Below the pieces are notes generated by a model that was not told the origin of the DNA, did no database searches, and was given only the letters and a program-made list of their open reading frames with translations. This document shows, piece after piece, positions 1 through 12,197 of a stretch of DNA of 48,640 nt (positions within the stretch are counted from its first letter, which is position 1; every line of letters starts with the position of its first letter). This stretch comes from Octopus bimaculoides (taxonomy: Eukaryota), in the NCBI RefSeq assembly GCF_001194135.2, contig NC_068984.1, forward strand, positions 125,351,123 through 125,399,762, read 5' to 3'. The position numbers were made by a program, and so were the translations under genes.

Positions 1-65
<65 letters not shown>
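1..65. repeat. (CA)n microsatellite, one of many dinucleotide arrays in the window
   Basis: Direct reading of the sequence. Confidence 0.98.
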
Positions 66-67
<2 letters not shown>

Positions 68-68
68 A

Positions 69-180
69 GAGCTCTCACACTCTTTCTGTCAATTAAATTC
101 ATTCACAAGGCATTGGTCGGCACGGGACTACAGTAGAAGACACTTGTTACATGTGCCTCACACCGAAGTTGATCGGAAGG
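69..180 (-). mobile_element. Degenerate SINE fragment (CORE-SINE-like)
   Basis: The reverse complement contains caagtgtcttctactgtag...ccgaccaatgccttgtgaatgaattt, homologous to the copies at 40428-40581 (+) and 27210-27380 (-). Confidence 0.45.
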
Positions 181-769
181 ACTAACACATTTTCCATTCA
201 AATATACTATAAATCAAAAGAGCAAAAATTGCCAATCGATTCCACATCTTGGATTCTGGTGGCCCTAAACAAAAATTTCGCCAGTGAAACATTTCTTTAA
301 GATTTTAATGATGTCAAAACACCAAGCCTCTTTACACGCCATATCTTCGGAAGACATATATCTTTGTGACAAAGACCATATGTGGTTGTGTGGCTGGCAA
401 GTAATAGCAGCGAATTCCCAATAGCAGCAAATTCCCATTAAAGTATACTCTATATTGACCTTGCCATAATAATGTCACATTGAATAATTCTAATCCTAGA
501 TACACAATGTCTCAAGCAAATTTACTGGATAGTAATGCTTAAGTAGATTTGATCACGTGTACGTTCCGTTAGAGGTCACTTAGGACAAAATGACAATGAC
601 TATATGCACAACGACAACAACAACAACAGCCACATCAGCAACAGAAATAAGTTTGCTTTTAATCCACGTAACACACACATAAAATATATTCATTCATCTT
701 CCGCGTGTCACAAGGATAAATATTTATCCGTTGCTTGTCAGAATTTCTTCGTTTGGCTTTTCCCAAATC

Positions 770-770
<1 letters not shown>

Positions 771-845
<75 letters not shown>

Positions 846-910
846 GGTGGTGATGGTGGTGGTGGTGGTGGTGCTAGTGGTGGTGGTGGTAGTGGCGGCG
901 TTAGTAGTGG
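771..910. repeat. (AGT)n followed by degenerate (GGT)n microsatellite
   Basis: Direct reading; this repeat is the source of the poly-V, poly-S and poly-L ORFs at 604-989. Confidence 0.93.
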
Positions 911-1013
911 TGATGGTAGGTTCATTATGGCAGTAGTGATGGGGACAATAGTGGAGTTGATAATAAGAGTGGGATTTTGCTACTGCTGAACTACCATATC
1001 TATCAATATATGA

Positions 1014-1047
<34 letters not shown>

Positions 1048-1569
1048 AAGAGAGAGGGCGTTTGTATGTGTGTGCATGACTATGTATTCGTATATATGTG
1101 CGTGCTTGTGTGTGCGTGTGTGTATGTGTGTGTGTGTGTGTGTGTCTTGTGGGGGTGTATGTTTTTGTGCACGTATGCAAATATGTTATATATAAGTATA
1201 CATACATATACCCTAGTGTAGAAATATTCGTTGAAAACACATTGATTGGCACTATATTGAAAGACAAATTGGTCGAACGTTAAATTAATCGAAAACCTTA
1301 ATAGAAGAAAAAGCCAATATTCGTCGAAATTTTAATATTTTTTCAAAGCAATTTCAAAAAAAGATTATTTTTAAAAATTATGCAACGATTCATTTATACG
1401 TTAATTAACTATAATGTTTTATGGTATCAAAATATGACAACTTGAAAACACACACCAAATGTATGCAAGTGAAAATATATATAATAACACTATAGGTAAA
1501 GTAAGAAAAAAAAAGAATAAGTTTGTAGTAAGTAAAAAGCAAGCACGTATTGAGGATGTTTCTCATATT

Positions 1570-1624
<55 letters not shown>

Positions 1625-1837
1625 CTTAGCGAGAACTTTGGCTAAAGCACACGAGGTTAGACAGAACGAAGATATTAACAGTCTGTTTGCATCATCCACG
1701 CCACCTTCGTAAACTGTGAATTGTTCGTCCTAACGTTCTTGGAAATCTTTTCCTGAATTGCTAACTCTTTATTTCATTATGTTTAGGGAGGTTCATTATG
1801 CTAGTGAAAGTAATAAAATAAACACACACACTGGTTC

Positions 1838-2025
1838 AATACCGGTGTTGGTTTCTTTACATACTCGTAACTTAGTGTTTCGGCAAAAAGGATCATATAG
1901 AATAAGTAGCCGGCTTTATAAAAAAAAAAGCAAGTACTGGAGTTGATTTGCTCAATTAAACCCTTGAAGGCCGTGCCCCAGTATGGCCATAGTCCAACGA
2001 CTAAAACAGGTAAAAATTAAAAGAT
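1838..2025 (+). mobile_element. Degenerate SINE 3' portion
   Basis: Shares cgtaacttag..ttcggcaaaa..atagaataagta and gccccagtatggcc..agtc..gactaaaacaggtaaaa with fragments at 5320-5410 (-), 27083-27170 (-) and 40762-40820 (+). Confidence 0.5.
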
Positions 2026-5000
2026 AAATCATAGAGAATTCTTAAGTAGTGGTGGAGAGAGTTTTCCTTTTATCATGCGACCTGGTTAATGCGGTGACAT
2101 TTGTTCTACCAAAAAATAACCGGGATACGTTTTATCAAAAATTGCGAAATGAGACGGTATACATCATCCTGAATGGTGTGATTAGCCATTGTTTAATTCT
2201 TTGGCACGAATGCTCAAAAAACATTTCTCCAAAGAAGGACCGCATTAATGATCATATTGAAATCTGGGATGAACAGTTTAGTACCAGCGTTACATCACAT
2301 TCACATATTTATTGTGTTAAACGTTGGACATAAAAAGAAGCAGCTTATTGATGCTCAGTTAGTTATTCTATAAAACGGTGCTTCTGTTATGACAAAAAAA
2401 TGTCACAAACAAAAAATAACCCATGTTTCTTCAGAAAGAATTTGAACTGTTGTGCTGAAATATGGAAACACAAACGTTCTGGTCTTTTTTTTTTTTTTTT
2501 TTGAAGCATTGCATATAAGCCTGGAATTAAATAAACAAATCAACTTTTGTTTGGCCATGCAAACAGAAAAAGTAGAACTAAAAACGTAAGTATATATATA
2601 TACATATATATACATNNNNNNNNNNNNNNNNNNNNNNNNNNNNNNNNNNNNNNNNNNNNNNNNNNNNNNNNNNNNNNNNNNNNNNNNNNNNNNNNNNNNN
2701 NNNNNNNNNNNNNNNNNNNNNNNNNNNNNNNNNNNNCCTCTCGACGGCATCATTGCGCACCCCATCTCACTGAAGTTAGGCCCCACTGGCCACATCAACT
2801 AGTTATCAGATTTTGCTCGATATTCTCCTAGTCATTGCTCATCGTTTCTTTTTAACCAAATCCAGTAGCTTGCCTTTTCCACTGTAGTTTTGGTATCAAT
2901 CATGGTGGTATTTGCTTTACGATGAGTTAGGCCTAACGATTACGACAGTCGCCTCACACTGTGTCCAACGAATCCTCTACTTCCGACAGGGTAATTCAAG
3001 GGCCGAGAGTTTCGCGTATTAGTTCTTATCAAGCTTATCAAATCATCATTGTCAATATTTCCTTTCCTGTAACTATGTTTATTTTCTTTAAAAACTCCAC
3101 ATAGCCTGAAAATGAACAGAAAATATATATAATTTTAAATAATAATTTACTCTAGTTTTAAAATTACATTAAATTGTTTAAGTCTATGAGTCACCATTTA
3201 GTTTCCATGTGTTTTTTCTGTGTTTTTCTATAAACATGTCTTTCGACCAATTTGTCATATAAATAGATATAGATATAGATATATCCTGTGTTGACTCAAG
3301 ATGATTAAATTACCTCGGCATGCAATGAAGTAACCTATAAGTAGAGTCTATTATATCTTGTGCACTTTAACGCTGTCACTACTACATGTTGGGGGTTACA
3401 CACGAATGATTTTCTTTGATGAAACATAATCTTGATAAGAGAGAAACAAACAAACAGAAGCAAAGAAACAGCACCAAGCCGATCGTGATTTCCCTTAAGG
3501 ATCTTGTATGTTTATATTGGCTTTGTTATAGCTTATATACATTTTGGTAATAACAGATTACATTTGCGCAAGATTCTCGCAAGGTTATTTATTTTAATGA
3601 TAAAAATTTAAGCGAAAAAAGAGAAACCCGACGAAATACGAATAAAAGCCTCTTGTCAGTTATGCACATAATTTTTGGTCATTGTTTCATGTATTATTTT
3701 CGTATGCTTTTTATGAATTAACTCGATTCTCTAGAGATGTGCCAAAGACAGGAAGTTCTAACAGAAGTCATTCGAATTTTTAGATAAGTTCATGTTATTT
3801 CGACGTGCGAGTTACACCGTAAAAAAAAACCCACTGGGTAAATAAGCAACTTTTTGTTAAATTTATTTTATATCTGTGAACTCTTAAGATTTCTTTAACA
3901 TACATATAAGCGTGTCTGACATTCGAAACGTGGCAGTACAATAACAATGTTTTGTTGTTGTTTTTTTACATTTCCGGTTTCAAAATTCATTGAAAGTCTA
4001 TTATCGCCTTTTGTTGTTTCCAAGCCCTGTTATTTTTGCTTCTGTTGTCATTGTTGCTGTTAGTAATTTCTCTCGAGAAATGGAACAAACCCCCTCCTTT
4101 TTTTTTGTCGATAAATAAGTAAAATTATCTACTATGATACATCTCATTTGAAACAATTGCGACAGGCGATGTTGTTCGTGAAAATATATCAATGTTATTT
4201 TTACATATTTTCTATATACAGTCTAGTAAAAAAAAAAATGTTATATTAGTTAACGTTATGACATCACCGTTGTCTAATATTCAAGGAATCATGTTGTGTA
4301 GTTAGGAACATTGAGAAAGAACTATATTTAATTTCAGTTTGTTTTTACATGCCTGATCTTGAGTTGATTCAAATAAATCGCCCTTTTATAGAGATACAGT
4401 TAAAAAAAGGGGGCATAGGATCAGGTTTCTTTAAACCACCAGACCCTTGTTCACCACTCGGGGGAAGGAGATTACAAGGCTGACATTTTGAATGATTTCT
4501 GCGTAAACTTTTCCCAAATAGTGTAAATATTTTCTTAAACTGAAGTCGTAAACATTTTTTTATGTAGTTCTTGTTCGCATCATCCGTGTTAATCATAGTT
4601 ACGTTTTTGAAAAATGACACGACTACAGCTTTGTAAGGGATGGGTTAGAGGTGGTTAAACACCCACAGTGTGTTACTAGTACTCATGTTACAAATTGTTG
4701 AGTGATGAAGATCAAAGTCGATAGTGGGAGAAAGCAATTGGTGTAAACTGCTGATGACACTCTTACACAAAGAGAAAATTGGATTATCAACTGGAATAAT
4801 ATAATGTGTTAACCCTCAAGATTCAGAAAGATATTATCATTGAATGATTTTACTGCGCAAATCTGAGACAAGAGAGGAATAACAAATTGGGGGATAACAA
4901 TGCCAAACTTATATTAAGCATCTTAAAAGTAGGGCGTTATTAAATCTGATGATGAATTTGGTAAGAAAATAAATGATACCTGTGAATTTCAAATCTGCCC

Positions 5001-5271
5001 CGGACATTCAAGTTCGCTTTTTTTTTTTATTATTGTTGTTAAAATTATTTAAAAACGAGAATTGAATTTGTGTCAAAACAAAGGTAAACGCATGCGGGGC
5101 ATTGAAACACGTACAAGTTTTGTAAATATCTTAGCATTTTCTGTCTTACTTCGAAAACTCGGCAGCACATCTGTACGCAATTCATGGCACATGGATGTAT
5201 CACAGCGCAGAGCCTACAGCTTTGTAAAGAATGGGCAAATGTCATCTGTCGCCCCAGCCTGCAGCGAAAGC

Positions 5272-5410
5272 CATGTGAGTGAATTTAGAAGACGGAAACT
5301 GAAAGAAGCCTGGTATATATTTGTTTCAGTCATTTGACTGCGGCCATGCTGGAGCATCGCCTTTAGTCGAGCAAATCGACCCCAGGACTTATTCTTCGTA
5401 AGCCTAGTAC
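5272..5410. mobile_element. Two abutting SINE fragments (CORE-like tail on +, second family on -)
   Basis: gtgagtgaattt..gacggaaactgaaagaagcc is followed by the reverse of gaataagtcctggggtcgatttgctcgact...ctccagcatggccgcagtcaaatgactgaaacaa. Confidence 0.5.
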
Positions 5411-6196
5411 TTACTGCTGCAATAGAATATTTTTCACAGATTCCAGAATCTATAGAGTATCGAACAAATGGCATAGCAGGTAGAGTATTCTATAAGTTGC
5501 AGGGCAGTAATAAAAATCAAACAAACTGAAAAATTGGTAGAAAATCGAATTTAATAACGTCCTTATATATCGTGCCTTATCGTTTATTTATCTACCTACC
5601 CTAATACTTTTCGTAGAAATAACTGTAACTTATGTGCGAGTAGGTGTGTCTCTCTGTATTTGTGTGTCTGCCTGCATTTCTCGATATATATAATAAATAA
5701 TATATATTATTGCTGTTATTATTGGGGATTTTTTTATGTCTCAAAAAAAAAAAAAAATAGTACCTATATAAAAAAAAATATAACACAAGCTTGGTAAGAT
5801 AGCAACAGAATACTGAAGGGAAGTACAATCAATCAAACGGACTGTACTATCCTTCTAAAATTTCCGACTTGGGTCTAGTCTAGTAATCAATGTTATAGCA
5901 GGCCTGTGGCGTATTTTGTTGAAGATGAAAAACTATAGAAGATAAATGGAGATCATCTGATGTTGCTTAAGACGATAATTGTGGTGAATACATGACATTA
6001 AAACACAACGATTTCGTGTCATTTCATAAACACATAAAGCTTTCGATCTATCCAAATGTTTGCCAATAGTTCATTTCGTTTTCATACAATAATTTCTTGA
6101 GCACTATATCTGATATTCATGACAATGATGAGGATGATGATGATGATGAATATGGTTTGATTATTTTTACAAATTTTTTAATGTTTTTATTTGTAG

Positions 6197-6405
6197 AAAT
6201 TCACGAATGTGCCAACTGCGGTTCTGGAGACAATGTGATATGGCAGAGTGACACTAGGCACTTCTTGTGCAGGCCATGCACAGCAAGCAATGCAGCCCAC
6301 GCAGCCAGTACCAGTCACACTCTGGAAAAACCCTCGTCAATGTCAAGGTCATCAGTGATGAACCAATCGTCTTCTGGGAGATCAGTGAACCAGAACAATT
6401 TCACG
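6197..6405 (+). CDS. GATA456: GATA exon encoding a degenerate N-terminal zinc finger and a Ser-rich linker
   Basis: ttgtag|AAATTCAC acceptor and ACG|gtaagc donor. Translation (E)IHECANCGSGDNVIWQSDTRHFLCRPC...NNFT. The phase-0 end joins in frame to 19229. Confidence 0.8.
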
Positions 6406-6444
6406 GTAAGCCATAGTTCTTTAAATAGTAATAACAATAATTAC

Positions 6445-6477
<33 letters not shown>

Positions 6478-6879
6478 TAATTCGTTTTATTGGCCACAAG
6501 GTCTAATATCAATTAAAAACATCTAAGGACAAAGACAGGACGAAGGTTACAAAAGGTTTTGTCCGAAAAGGTAGGAAAGTTCGTCTAAACAGAGGAAGAA
6601 ATCGGAGAAAGATATAATAAATAAATAAGTAAATAGATAAATAAATAAATAGAACTCCCAAAGGGGGAGGCGCTTCGAAAAAGGAAAGGTTACACGTGGA
6701 AAAACCCATAAAACCACGGGAGCCTGGTCAGAAAAAATAAGAAAGGGGTATAGAGCCCTTTCTCCTTTTACATTACCCTTTTTTTTTCTTTTTTTTTTCT
6801 ACAAGTGTATTCTCAGAATTGGTCCGTTTATACTGGCCATTCTTCCAACAATCACCCATCGTTCAACGAATTTGCTATG

Positions 6880-7554
6880 AGACAGCACTTCCCTCTCTAC
6901 TCTCATCTTCCTTTTCAAGTGGAAACCAGGCAGTGACTCTCAATGCCCTGATGCAGTTCCAGGCAGTGGCTCTCATGGTTTCTGATCTTAATTGATTGGA
7001 AGTGTTATCATGTACGTTGTTTTGTCTTGATACAAAAGATGGGCTACAGCAAATATTCTGCTTAATACCACAGATTTGCTTGTCAGTTGTTTGNNNNNNN
7101 NNNNNNNNNNNNNNNNNNNNNNNNNNNNNNNNNNNNNNNNNNNNNNNNNNNNNNNNCCAGTTGAGCATGTCCCTTGGTGGCTGACGATATGTGCATCTCT
7201 GATCACGAGCAGAAGTAGTGGGGGAGCATCATAGCCATGTGTTGAGAGGAGTTCTTTGGGGTTTGAATAATTCACCTTTGGAAACATGGGTATTTTGCTC
7301 AACATCCTTAAACAAACCTTATTCAGGGACCTTTTGAGCGGGATGGGCTACTCGACCTGAAAAAAATTCTAACTGGGCCTCACCTACGAGGTCATGCGCT
7401 GTTTATATTGATATGAGATCACCATGTCGCGCACATATGGTTGTGATGCATGTGCCTGGTGTACCCTAATCAGACGGGTAGCCATGATGGGTATACTGGG
7501 CTTCATATATTTTACCCCAGTGTCAATTTGATGACATGCACTGTTTCCTCACTC
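6880..7554. mobile_element. Probable interspersed repeat of unknown class ending at an (AAT)n array
   Basis: Higher-GC block with an abrupt boundary at the AAT array and no recognisable protein motif. I recall similar sequence as an octopus repeat but cannot verify this here. Confidence 0.3.

Positions 7555-7626
<72 letters not shown>
7555..7626. repeat. (AAT)n microsatellite
   Basis: Perfect trinucleotide run. Confidence 0.98.
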
Positions 7627-7628
<2 letters not shown>

Positions 7629-7907
7629 AAGTGGAAATGGTAAGACTGTATGGAATGCGAGAAGGTAATATAAAAGCGATACCAGTAGTGATCGGAGTGT
7701 TGGGTTCAATCCCATTGAAACTTCAAGACTTCTTTAGGCAACTGGAAATCCTATGCAAGATTGATGTCTCACAAAAAGCAACCTTATTGGGCACAGCGCA
7801 CACCTTAAGGAAAGTGTTATCTTTCTGAGGTCCTTGTTCTGACTTGACAGATGACTAAAGAAAGACTCCGGTGCATTTTTACCTACTCTGCGTTACGAAG
7901 GAATAAT
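7626..7907 (+). mobile_element. 5'-truncated R4/Dong-like non-LTR retrotransposon 3' end
   Basis: VEMVRLYGM...IPVVIGVLGSIP...QKATLLGTAHTLRKVL* resembles the C-terminus of restriction-like-endonuclease LINEs. A short 3' UTR ends in aataat, and the fragment abuts an (AAT)n array. Confidence 0.62.
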
Positions 7908-8662
7908 ATTAATCCTTTCTAACTATAGGCACAACAGGAAAGGAAAGAAAAGAAAGAGGATTTCACGTTTCGAGCGGAGCTCTTCATCAGAAATATAGAA
8001 AAAGTCCAAAGAAGGGAAGACTCAGAAAGAAAATCGCCAACGATACACACGCGGTCACATATATTTTTGTATTGCCGTGAATGATAGACAACACTGTGCA
8101 TTCACACACTTTACTGTGGCATAGCAGTCAAACTGCTTTATATTATATAACACTACTGCTTTGATATATTATTTTTAAAAAAACGTAATAAAATATGTAA
8201 AATAATGACCTTCTATAGAAAAGTTCCTTTCAGTATTACCATATTAGAAAAAAATTCGCGAAGTTATTCGTCACAAGATTCTTGATAAGCGATGCATTCG
8301 ACAAAGTAATTAGGAAAAGCTTAAAAAAACTCATAATGTGACGAGTTTATTTTCACTTTTATCTCATTTCCTTTCGAGTGGGTGGTTCTTTCATATAATT
8401 TTAGTACTTCTATAAGTAATTCATTTTCACCTCATTATAGGACATGTATGTGAAGTGTTATCAACCGGGATTGAACGTCTATCTTATTTGCGTATCACCT
8501 ATATCGTATTTCATGATTTGTACTGATAGTATCGCATATGATATATGTTAACAAGGAATCATATATGTTTATTCGCGAGCGAAGATATATATAGTTGATG
8601 TATGTTCTTTGCGTGTGTAAGGATACACGTGGTAGATAGGCATTTTATATGCAAACATACGT

Positions 8663-8700
<38 letters not shown>

Positions 8701-9795
8701 NNNNNNNNNNNNNNNNNNNNNNNNNNNNNNNNNNNNNNNNNNNNNNNNNNNNNNNNNNNNNNNNNNNNNNNNNNNNNNNNNNNNNNNNNNNNNNNNNNNN
8801 NNNNNNNNNNNNNNNNNNNNNNNNNNNNNNNNNNNNNNNNNNNNNNNNNNNNNNNNNNNNNNNNNNNNNNNNNNNNNNNNNNNNNNNNNNNNNNNNNNNN
8901 NNNNNNNNNNNNNNNNNNNNNNNNNNNNNNNNNNNNNNNNNNNNNNNNNNNNNNNNNNNNNNNNNNNNNNNNNNNNNNNNNNNNNNNNNNNNNNNNNNNN
9001 NNNNNNNNNNNNNNNNNNNNNNNNNNNNNNNNNNNNNNNNNNNNNNNNNNNNNNNNNNNNNNNNNNNNNNNNNNNNNNNNNNNNNNNNNNNNNNNNNNNN
9101 NNNNNNNNNNNNNNNNNNNNNNNNNNNNNNNNNNNNNNNNNNNNNNNNNNNNNNNNNNNNNNNNNNNNNNNNNNNNNNNNNNNNNNNNNNNNNNNNNNNN
9201 NNNNNNNNNNNNNNNNNNNNNNNNNNNNNNNNNNNNNNNNNNNNNNNNNNNNNNNNNNNNNNNNNNNNNNNNNNNNTATATGTATACACACACACACGTA
9301 CATACTTGTATGGATATACTTACATACACATATGATACGTACATGTATGTATGTATGTATGTATGTATGTATAATATGTATAAACGGATACATAACATGT
9401 ATATGTCTCTCACGCAAAGTAAATACATGAAAGGCTACAAATAACAGTAATAATAACAACAACAACAACAACAACAACAACAACGACAGCAAAGATTTTT
9501 ATCAATTAATACCTGACTCCAGTGCTATCAACATTGTCAATCTACCTTGTCGTTTCATTCAACATTTCACTGTCGTCCGCCCACCCATCGTCCTCACCTC
9601 ATTCTAAAAAACAGCCAGACCCGTATTCTCCTTCTTGAGCACTTCGCCCCGCAACATACCCACCTCTACTTTAGATAACACAGAAATCAGCATCAAGATA
9701 ACCCACAAGAGAAACAAAAGAGGAAAAGGTATAGGTTTTGAAGACGGGAAGAGAGAGGAAGATAGATGGAGGAAATGAAAGAGAAAGGAAGAAAT

Positions 9796-9854
<59 letters not shown>

Positions 9855-10235
9855 TTGCGAAGAAAGAGTAAAGGAAACTATGGTGGGAAGGAATAGGTAT
9901 GCAAGCGAGTGACGGGTGAAAGCTAGAGTGTTAAGGGGAGATGAAAGAAGGGATGAGATAGACAATGGTGAAATACAAAGAAGCGTGAGTGGTGGTGAAA
10001 GTATATGAGAGAGTGAAAGACTGAGAGACAGAGAGGGAAAGACAGAGAGCTAGAGAGAGAGAGAGAGAGACTGACAGACGGGGACAGAAGGGTGCTGCCA
10101 ATGGCTCCTCATATCTCTTTTCATATCTATAAAATCACAATTCATTTGTGTGTATAACGTTGCGGATATATATGTACATGTGTGTGTGTGTGTGTGTGTG
10201 TGCACATTTGCAAGCATATAATATAATATAATATA

Positions 10236-10283
<48 letters not shown>

Positions 10284-10456
10284 GACTTGGACTTACATAG
10301 GCTCGTGCGAGGGTATCGGTGTGTATCAAATCTGATATGTCTAAGTAGATTTATGCAGACACACACGACCCCCGACCCCTGAACACACTTACACACATAC
10401 ACACACACGCACACACACACGCACGCGCACACATACACACGCACGCGCACACATAC

Positions 10457-10487
<31 letters not shown>

Positions 10488-12197
10488 AACTCACAACCTC
10501 CAATATTCATTCAACCCACATTCACACACAAGCAAAATCCATTTATATATGTATGCGTAACTCTAAATCATACACGCACAATTCACTTTTATACGAGCCA
10601 ACGAGGGGCGACAGTACTTAGAAATAGCGGCCCAAAATATCATCAAATCGTTCGCTAACATCTGACTGAAAATGAAGGTCGCTTTTTGTTAGATACATTA
10701 TGATTGTTAACGAAACAACCATGTGGAGTCATAAGTGGAATTTTTGTGATCACCGTTTTACTCGATGGGAAAAGATCTCAGCTAAAGGAATAATAAACAG
10801 TCTATAGATACACAGACACACGTGTCTGAGTATACGCCAGTATGCACACATATATTTGTATATGTGTGTGTATGTATGTGTGTGCGCGCGCGAATGTATA
10901 TACACATACTTTCGCTCACAAACATGTATTTATTTATCTGTGTGTGTGTGTGTGTGTGTACGAGTGACAAGCATTCAGCATTTGGTAGGAATTGTGCATA
11001 ATTCTAATAACAGCATGACTCACCTCAGCATGACTGAGAGTTTCATGGGCGCGTTTGGCGCGCCTATCTCATCAGATCATAGGAGCAGATTGAGAGATTT
11101 TTCTTTGCTTCTGTGCCTGAGTTCGGGTCACGCGTCTGGACCGGATGTTGTCAGGATGCTGGTGCCACTCAGACGGCAAATAAATAGACGGCAAATACCG
11201 GGTGTCTCATTCATAGCATTAATACAACGTGAATTGAACTGACCAATAAAAGCCATCTTGAATTTCTCCTAAAAAGTTTCTCATTCTGCTCCCAGTATCT
11301 AATGAGATGAACGTGTCCACGCACCCATGAAACTGTAAGTCATATGAAGCTTAATAAAACGCTTATTAAAAGTATATATACATACATATAGTTAGATTTA
11401 CACGTATAACTATATANNNNNNNNNNNNNNNNNNNNNNNNNNNNNNNNNNNNNNNNNNNNNNNNNNNNNNNNNNNNNNNNNNNNNNNNNNNNNNNNNNNN
11501 NNNNNNNNNNNNNNNNNNNNNNNNNNNNNNNNNNNNNNNNNNNNNNNNNNNNNNNNNNNNNNNNNNNNNNNNNNNNNNNNNNNNNNNNNNNNNNNNNNNN
11601 NNNNNNNNNNNNNNNNNNNNNNNNNNNNNNNNNNNNNNNNNNNNNNNNNNNNNNNNNNNNNNNNNNNNNNNNNNNNNNNNNNNNNNNNNNNNNNNNNNNN
11701 NNNNNNNNNNNNNNNNNNNNNNNNNNNNNNNNNNNNNNNNNNNNNNNNNNNNNNNNNNNNNNNNNNNNNNNNNNNNNNNNNNNNNNNNNNNNNNNNNNNN
11801 NNNNNNNNNNNNNNNNNNNNNNNNNNNNNNNNNNNNNNNNNNNNNNNNNNNNNNNNNNNNNNNNNNNNNNNNNNNNNNNNNNNNNNNNNNNNNNNNNNNN
11901 NNNNNNNNNNNNNNNNNNNNNNNNNNNNNNNNNNNNNNNNNNNNNNNNNNNNNNNNNNNNNNNNNNNNNNNNNNNNNNNNNNNNNNNNNNNNNNNNNNNN
12001 NNNNNNNNNNNNNNNNNNNNNNNNNNNNNNNNNNNNNNNNNNNNNNNNNNNNNNNNNNNNNNNNNNNNNNNNNNNNNNNNNNNNNNNNNNNNNNNNNNNN
12101 NNNNNNNNNNNNNNNNNNNNNNNNNNNNNNNNNNNNNNNNNNNNNNNNNNNNNNNNNNNNNNNNNNNNNNNNNNNNNNNNNNNNNNNNNNATATATA

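Noticed and set aside
604-1283. Overlapping ORFs with poly-V, poly-S/G, poly-L and CV/HT repeats; considered as the missing GATA first exon
   Set aside because: They are translations of (AGT)n, (GGT)n and (TG)n microsatellites, with no GATA N-terminal motif and no suitable phase-1 donor identified.
2737-2810. Faint 5S rRNA-like sequence (gcgcaccccatctc...gaagttagg...ggcc)
   Set aside because: Similarity is patchy, there is no recognisable box C, and it is truncated by a gap. At best it is a decayed SINE3-type head. An Infernal RF00001 search would decide.
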